DNA of 64,000 nt, from positions 65,290 to 129,289 of the forward strand of contig CAYOZJ010000003.1 in assembly GCA_964408485.1 (NCBI GenBank), read 5' to 3'. The DNA comes from an uncultured Gammaproteobacteria bacterium. GTDB taxonomy: Bacteria; Patescibacteriota; Microgenomatia; Levybacterales; UBA12049. How positions within the stretch are numbered: position 1 is the first letter of the stretch; each line of letters begins with the position of its first letter. Under the pieces are notes generated by a model that was not told where the DNA came from, made no database searches, and saw only the letters and a list, made by a program, of their open reading frames with translations. Shown in pieces: positions 57,201-64,000 of the stretch. The translations under genes and the position numbers were made by a program.

Positions 57201-57337
57201 TTGGACTCTTTTCATATATTTTTTATTACAGTGCAAGCACTTCCTGAATAGTATCTGCGGAGCAGATTCAAAAAGTAAAAGTCTGCCCTGGCGCTTTGCG
57301 ATTGGCAAAGCCAGACTTATTTTAGTATCATTGTTAC

Positions 57338-58039
57338 ATGTTAAAAGACAGACCAGTAACAACACTTTTTCTTCTCCAATCTGTTGATGGGAAGATATCT
57401 ACAGGAGATGTAGACGAGCGTGATGTAGATAAAGACTTCTCCAAAATCCCTGTTGTGAAAGATGGATTGTATCAATACTACGAGATAGAGAGTCATACAG
57501 ACAGGGTTTCGCTTAACACAGGGCGAGTTATGGCAAAAGTAGGGGTGAATACCCGAATAACAGAACCTAAGAAAATGAGTGTGGATTTTGTGATAATCGA
57601 TAGTAAGCCACATCTCACAGAAAAAGGTGTTGAATATCTGGCAAAGTGGGTAAAGACATTGTATTTAGTGACGACGAATAAAAATCATCCAGCATTTACC
57701 GTTCAAAATAAGTACAAAAACCTTACTTCTATCCTTTTTGATAAAGAGATTAACCTGTTTAGTTTACTTGTTGAGTTAAAACAAAAGCACGGTGTAAAAC
57801 GCATTACTATCCAATCTGGTGGAACACTTAATGCCTCTTGGATACGAGAAGGTCTTATTGATAGAGTAAAAATTGTTGTTGCGCCGTGTCTAATTGGAGG
57901 AGGTAATACCCAAAGTCTTATTGGTGGAGAATCGCTCAGGACAGAGGAGGATTTGAAAAAGATAAAATCACTTGAGCTGCTCACTATTAGAAAATTAAAA
58001 CATTCATACCTTGAGGTAATCTATAAGATAGTAAATTAG
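57338..58039 (+). CDS. RibD C-terminal / DHFR-family reductase
   Basis: SVDGKIS, IQSGGTLN, LID...VAPCLIGG. Confidence 0.88.
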   Translation: MLKDRPVTTLFLLQSVDGKISTGDVDERDVDKDFSKIPVVKDGLYQYYEIESHTDRVSLNTGRVMAKVGVNTRITEPKKMSVDFVIIDSKPHLTEKGVEYLAKWVKTLYLVTTNKNHPAFTVQNKYKNLTSILFDKEINLFSLLVELKQKHGVKRITIQSGGTLNASWIREGLIDRVKIVVAPCLIGGGNTQSLIGGESLRTEEDLKKIKSLELLTIRKLKHSYLEVIYKIVN

Positions 58040-58113
58040 ATTGTTCTTTTGCTATCCCCAATATCATAATATACTCTTTGACAATTAGGCTTGTAGTATG
58101 ATACTATTCTCAA

Positions 58114-58536
58114 ATGCCTCATTTTGATGGACCATGTAATTGTGTTGCAGAGAAAGTAAATTCACAGGGTGGTCCTCGTGTCCGAATACGATGTGCAAAG
58201 GGATTGAGTGTTAGTGAGGATGTACTCCCTTTTCTGGCTATCCTTAGTGATGAACCTGATATAAAGCCAGAAGAGCTTGCTCAAAGAACAGGTTTTTCTA
58301 CACTGAAGATAAGTTCTTTGCTTTCTGCTGCCAAAAAGGCAAGTAGTGTGCCCCCAGGAGACAGAAAAGGATATGATCCTACTCAAAGCTTTGGAAAAGC
58401 AAGTATTTCTCTTGCAAGAAGATTAGAGCGATGTGGAATAGTGGAGAATGGACAAATTGCGCAACCTGTAAGAACAGCGATTGAATCTGCACGAAATGGG
58501 CCTAATAAAACACCTCAAGGGGAAAGAAGAAAATAA
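58114..58536 (+). CDS. Hypothetical protein with a possible HTH
   Basis: 140-aa ORF with TTGACA upstream; 'PEELAQRTGFSTLKISSLL' is HTH-like. Confidence 0.55.
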   Translation: MPHFDGPCNCVAEKVNSQGGPRVRIRCAKGLSVSEDVLPFLAILSDEPDIKPEELAQRTGFSTLKISSLLSAAKKASSVPPGDRKGYDPTQSFGKASISLARRLERCGIVENGQIAQPVRTAIESARNGPNKTPQGERRK

Positions 58537-58538
58537 TC

Positions 58539-58949
58539 CTAGATTGTCCCTTTTTGTCTTTTGGCAACTTTTAATTCAAGAATAGCTCTTCTAAATTCTG
58601 CTTCAGCTGTAGCAAAATCAACATCAGACTTTTTCTCCTTCATTGCTTTTTCTGCCCTATCTTTTGCCTGTTGAGCTTGTGCTTCGGAAATATCTTTTCC
58701 ATGGACTGCATAATCTGCCAAAATAGAGACAATATTATTTCCTACCTCCATAAAACCACCCACAACAACCAAATGCTCGGTTTTATTTCCTTTTTTAATA
58801 ATTAATTCTCCTGGAGTGAGTTGTACTAAAAGCGCTGCGTGTTGGGGAAGAATAGACAATTCTCCAGAGGTTGTGGGAGCTGTTATTTCGTCTACCTCCT
58901 CGGATAATAATTCTTTTTCAGGGGTAACAACAGTAAGGTGTAATGGCAT
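58539..58949 (-). CDS. atpC: ATP synthase F1 epsilon subunit
   Basis: LTVVTPE, GELSILPQHA, GGFMEV. Confidence 0.96.
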   Translation of the reverse strand: MPLHLTVVTPEKELLSEEVDEITAPTTSGELSILPQHAALLVQLTPGELIIKKGNKTEHLVVVGGFMEVGNNIVSILADYAVHGKDISEAQAQQAKDRAEKAMKEKKSDVDFATAEAEFRRAILELKVAKRQKGTI

Positions 58950-58950
58950 A

Positions 58951-60469
<1,519 letters not shown>

Positions 60470-60485
60470 TCATTTGTTGCCAACC

Positions 60486-60573
60486 ATGAATTAAGAAGTA
60501 AGAATAATGAATTATGGTTTCAAGGTACTTTATTTATAGTTTCCTTGATTCTTAACTCCTGATTCTTGATTCT
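60486..60573. repeat. Inverted pair of heptamer arrays
   Basis: ATGAATT AAGAAGT AAGAATA ATGAATT ... TTCCTTG ATTCTTA ACTCCTG ATTCTTG ATTCT. Confidence 0.7.
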
Positions 60574-61429
60574 ACCCGTTACTCAGCGCTACTGCTGCCG
60601 ATGAGATATCAAGAATTTCGTTTGTAATTTTTTCCTGACGTACCTTATTGTATAACAAAGTCAGATCAGCCACAATATCCTTTGCATTATTTGTCGCATT
60701 TTGCATAGCAATCATTTGCGCTGCTTGGAATGATGCATAATTTTCTAAAAGCTGCTGAAAAATAGTCATGTCAACGTAGCGCTTGAGTACTGCGGGTAGC
60801 AATTCATCTGTTGATGGCTCAATAAGTCTGTCTCCTGAGATTTGCTTACTCTCTTCAGGTAAAATAATAGGGAGAAGTTGCGTAACGTGTGGGGTTTGGG
60901 AAAAAACACTGGCAAATTGTGTTGAAATAAGAAAAACCTTATCTACTTTACCTGCAACAAAATATTCATCAATAATTCCAGAGATAGGTGCAATCATCTC
61001 GTAATTGGGAAGGGTAGTTCCGGCATGAAAACTTGCAATAAGGTTTTTTGTTGTGGATCCTGCAATAGTCTCTATCTTTTTGCCTATCGCAACAAAATAA
61101 TTCTTATCGTCCTTATTAAATTTTAAATACTCACGGAAAATATTGGTATTTAGTCCTCCACAAAGACCTTTATCTGGTGAAATAACAATATATAAATTCT
61201 TTCCAGAGATTTGCTTTGTCCTAAGAAGTGGATGCATATCATCACTTTCTTCCTTAGGCGTTAGATTTTGAGAAAGTGTTGTTAACTTTTCAACGTATGG
61301 ACGGGAAGATAATGCTGCATGTTGGGCCCGTTTTAGCTTACTTGCTGCAATCATCTGCATGGCACGAGTTGTTTTGGAAATATTTTGCGCTGTCTTGATG
61401 CGTCGTCGTAAAGCTAGTGTACTTGGCAT
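60572..61429 (-). CDS. atpG: ATP synthase F1 gamma subunit
   Basis: TRAMQMIAASK, DKGLCG, AMQNAT.NA, RQEKITNEI. Confidence 0.98.
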   Translation of the reverse strand: MPSTLALRRRIKTAQNISKTTRAMQMIAASKLKRAQHAALSSRPYVEKLTTLSQNLTPKEESDDMHPLLRTKQISGKNLYIVISPDKGLCGGLNTNIFREYLKFNKDDKNYFVAIGKKIETIAGSTTKNLIASFHAGTTLPNYEMIAPISGIIDEYFVAGKVDKVFLISTQFASVFSQTPHVTQLLPIILPEESKQISGDRLIEPSTDELLPAVLKRYVDMTIFQQLLENYASFQAAQMIAMQNATNNAKDIVADLTLLYNKVRQEKITNEILDISSAAVALSNG

Positions 61430-61443
61430 AGTGTTAATAAAAA

Positions 61444-61529
61444 TGTCATTGTGAAGAGCTTGCGACGTGGCAATCTTACTTATATGAGATCCTCACGTCG
61501 GTCGCCTAGGCGACCTCCTCAGGATGACA
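61444..61529. repeat. YGTC-tagged REP doublet
   Basis: TGTCATTGTGAAGAGCTTGCGACGTGGCAATCT ... AGATCCTCACGTCGGTCGCCTAGGCGACCTCCTCAGGATGACA. Confidence 0.8.
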
Positions 61530-61540
61530 GACCATATTCA

Positions 61541-63061
61541 TCAATTAGAAAAAACTTTCTTAAAAGCAGCAGTTACTTTTTTTAAGTCTTCAGTTAGCTC
61601 GTCTGTCACTTTTTTACCAGATGAAAGGCGTTCTATGAGTTTTTTATCGTGGGTTTTTACGTATGCATGATATTCTTTTTCAAATTGTAAGATATTTTCT
61701 ACTTTTACATCGTCTGTAAATCCATTAGTAACAACCCAAATAGACAGTACCTCCTGTGCTTCTGTAAGAGGCTGATATTGTGACTGCTTGAGCATTTCTG
61801 TTAGCCTTTTCCCTCTTTCAAGCTGCTGCAGTGTTGCTGCGTCTAATTCTGAGCCAAATTGGGCAAAAACAGCTAATTCTCGATATTGTGCAAGTTCTAG
61901 CTTAATTCGACCAGACACAGATTTCATTGCTCCAGTTTGTGCAGCGCCGCCTACTCTGGATACTGAATTTCCAACATCAACTGCTGGTCTAATGCCAGAG
62001 TTGAAAAGATCAGACACTAAGAAAATTTGACCATCGGTAATAGAAATAACATTTGTTGGAATGTATGCGGAAATGTCATTTGCCTGGGTTTCAATAACAG
62101 GGAGAGCGGTAATAGAACCGCCACCAAGCTTATCAGAAAGTCTTACTGCTCGTTCCAAAAGTCGTGAATGAAGATAGAAAACATCTCCCGGGTATGCTTC
62201 TCGTCCTGCAGGGCGTTTTAAAACAAGGGACAAATTTCTCCATGCCCATGCATGTTTGGTGAGATCGTCATAGACAATAAGGACATCTTCACCCTTTTCC
62301 ATAAAGTATTCAGCAATAGCAACACCCGCATATGGAGCCAAGTATTGAAGGGATGCAGGATCTGCTGCTCCTGCATTAACAATAATTGTGTAATCAAGAG
62401 CTCCTGTTTCTTTAAGTTTTTCAACAACTTGTGCAACGGTTGATTGTTTTTGTCCAATTGCAACATAGACACAGAGTACTCTTTTGCCGCCTTCTTTTTC
62501 TGCATTTTTTTGATTAATGATCGTATCAATTGCAACGGCAGTTTTTCCAAGACCGCGGTCTCCAATAATAAGCTCTCTTTGGCCTCGTCCAACTGGAATA
62601 AGTGAGTCAATTGCTTTAATACCGGTCTTTAAAGGCTTATCAACAGGTTGTCTATCAATAACACCGGCAGCAATTCTTTCAAGTGCCATATCTTTCCCTT
62701 TTTTAACCTCTCCCTTACCATCGAGTGCTTTTCCAACTGGGTTAATAACACGGCCTAGTAAGTCTTCGTGCGCTTTAATAGTAAGAAGTTGACCTGTTGT
62801 TTTGACTTGATGTCCTTCGGTCAAGTTGTCTGATCTGTCCAAAAGGACAATAGAAACACTGTCTTCGTCTAAGTTAAGAATAAGTCCAGGAGTACCATCT
62901 TGAAAAACAACTTGTTCTCCCATTTGTGCTTTGGAAAGACCGGATGCAACGACGACATTATCGCCAATGGATTCAACAATGCCAACATTTTGTGCTTTAC
63001 CACTTGTTTGGAAAGAGTCCAGTTTATTTTCTAAGTTTTTTAAAATATCTTCACTTTTCAT
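61541..63061 (-). CDS. atpA: ATP synthase F1 alpha subunit
   Basis: GRGQRELIIGDRGLGKT, PAGREAYPGDVFYLHSRLLERA. Confidence 0.99.
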   Translation of the reverse strand: MKSEDILKNLENKLDSFQTSGKAQNVGIVESIGDNVVVASGLSKAQMGEQVVFQDGTPGLILNLDEDSVSIVLLDRSDNLTEGHQVKTTGQLLTIKAHEDLLGRVINPVGKALDGKGEVKKGKDMALERIAAGVIDRQPVDKPLKTGIKAIDSLIPVGRGQRELIIGDRGLGKTAVAIDTIINQKNAEKEGGKRVLCVYVAIGQKQSTVAQVVEKLKETGALDYTIIVNAGAADPASLQYLAPYAGVAIAEYFMEKGEDVLIVYDDLTKHAWAWRNLSLVLKRPAGREAYPGDVFYLHSRLLERAVRLSDKLGGGSITALPVIETQANDISAYIPTNVISITDGQIFLVSDLFNSGIRPAVDVGNSVSRVGGAAQTGAMKSVSGRIKLELAQYRELAVFAQFGSELDAATLQQLERGKRLTEMLKQSQYQPLTEAQEVLSIWVVTNGFTDDVKVENILQFEKEYHAYVKTHDKKLIERLSSGKKVTDELTEDLKKVTAAFKKVFSN

Positions 63062-63390
63062 AGGCTTTGAATAAATTCATCCAAACTATTTTTAAGACTT
63101 ATGTCATATATCATGTCATTATCAATAATTTTTGCTCCCAGAAGAAGAGATGTATCTTCAACAACGACAACACTTTTTTTTGTTTTGCCTAACAATGCTT
63201 TATTATAAAGCCTACCATCTGGTAACACAAGAGAAATCGTGCGGGATTTCTCGGCAAGCTTAAGACCTCGTACATACAACTTCAAATCTGCACGTGATAG
63301 AAGAGTTGCAATTTTACTTACCCGTTTATCATCGAGTTTGTCTTTTGTGTAGCTTACCTGTACCAACTGACTAATTTGTTTTTTGTTCAT
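63058..63390 (-). CDS. atpH: Short ATP synthase delta subunit-like protein
   Basis: Between atpF and atpA; C-terminal 'DTSLLLGAKI..NDMIYDISL' matches the OSCP/delta C-terminus. Confidence 0.75.
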   Translation of the reverse strand: MNKKQISQLVQVSYTKDKLDDKRVSKIATLLSRADLKLYVRGLKLAEKSRTISLVLPDGRLYNKALLGKTKKSVVVVEDTSLLLGAKIIDNDMIYDISLKNSLDEFIQSL

Positions 63391-63398
63391 ACTTAAAG

Positions 63399-63469
63399 TG
63401 TCATTCTGGCTTGTCCAGAATCTAGATCCTGGATGCCTCCACGCTTCGCTCTGAGTTACCAGGATGACG
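63399..63469. repeat. YGTC-tagged REP doublet
   Basis: Near-identical to 55900-55958 with a longer second loop. Confidence 0.9.
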
Positions 63470-63475
63470 AAAAAA

Positions 63476-63973
63476 TTATGCTTTTAGTTTTTTCGTCACT
63501 TTACCTACAATTTCTTTCTCTGCCTTTTTATCTACCATACCTGAAAGTGATTTTTTCAAAAGCTCCACAGCAAGAAGGGCTGTATGCTTGGAAAGCTGGT
63601 GTTGTGCTTCTACTGTTTGCTCTTCTATTTCTTTTTTTGCATCCTCAAGCATCTTTGCAACTCTATCTTTTGTTTGCTCTTCCGCTGTTGTCAAAATCTC
63701 TTGGGCTTGTTTTTGTGAGTCAGCGAGGACTTCTTGGGAAGCGACTTGAGCCTTTTTAAGGATTTCTTTTTCTTTTTCTTCGGCCTTCGCAAGTGCTTCC
63801 TCTGCCTTTTGTGAATTTGTTACTGTTTCAACGACCATTTTGCGACGCTTTTCAAGCATTGCCAAGATTGGTTTGTACGCAAAACGCTTTAGCAGCCAAA
63901 AGATAATCAAAAAATTAACTATTTGCGCTGCAAGAAGTATCCAATTTACTCCAAAACTATGTAAAATTTCCAT
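63476..63973 (-). CDS. atpF: ATP synthase F0 subunit b
   Basis: QIVNFLIIFWLLKRFAYKPI..ML..R, then coiled coil. Confidence 0.96.
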   Translation of the reverse strand: MEILHSFGVNWILLAAQIVNFLIIFWLLKRFAYKPILAMLEKRRKMVVETVTNSQKAEEALAKAEEKEKEILKKAQVASQEVLADSQKQAQEILTTAEEQTKDRVAKMLEDAKKEIEEQTVEAQHQLSKHTALLAVELLKKSLSGMVDKKAEKEIVGKVTKKLKA

Positions 63974-64000
63974 ATCTTAAATATAAGAATAACAAGTCCT

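Noticed and set aside
56946-57365. 139-aa minus-strand ORF
   Set aside because: Overlaps two better-supported plus-strand genes and has atypical composition

Overview
Bacterial chromosomal window, genetic code 11. Gene content and style (short FtsQ and ATP synthase delta, type-2 IleRS, many orphans, apparently leaderless genes) suggest a Patescibacteria/CPR Microgenomates-like organism; this taxonomy is inference. Layout: the end of a dcw cluster (murG'-ftsQ-ftsA, an inserted 675-aa tandem-domain orphan, ftsZ); cell-envelope and housekeeping genes (L,D-transpeptidase, PQQ-type sugar dehydrogenase, pseudouridine synthase, PD-(D/E)XK and HNH nucleases, prs, ileS, rodA/ftsW, rplU, rpmA, parB, lepB); a tRNA-Val(CAC) locus followed by three extra partial or degenerate tRNA-Val copies; a ~25 kb surface-glycosylation cluster; tRNA-Thr(CGT) beside a RAYT/Y1 transposase with flanking repeats; an 832-aa orphan; dus, NUDIX, lexA with a perfect palindromic operator, a RibD-C reductase, and atpF-H-A-G-D-C. 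The most striking non-gene signal is a set of small palindromic elements: YGTC-tagged REPs, hairpin cassettes nested inside REPs, CCCTC-type palindromes and 7-nt-period arrays. They occupy intergenic spaces, interrupt a tRNA fragment, and sit in frame inside the pseudouridine synthase, Dus, IleRS and a glycosyltransferase. No CRISPR array, rRNA or prophage was seen.
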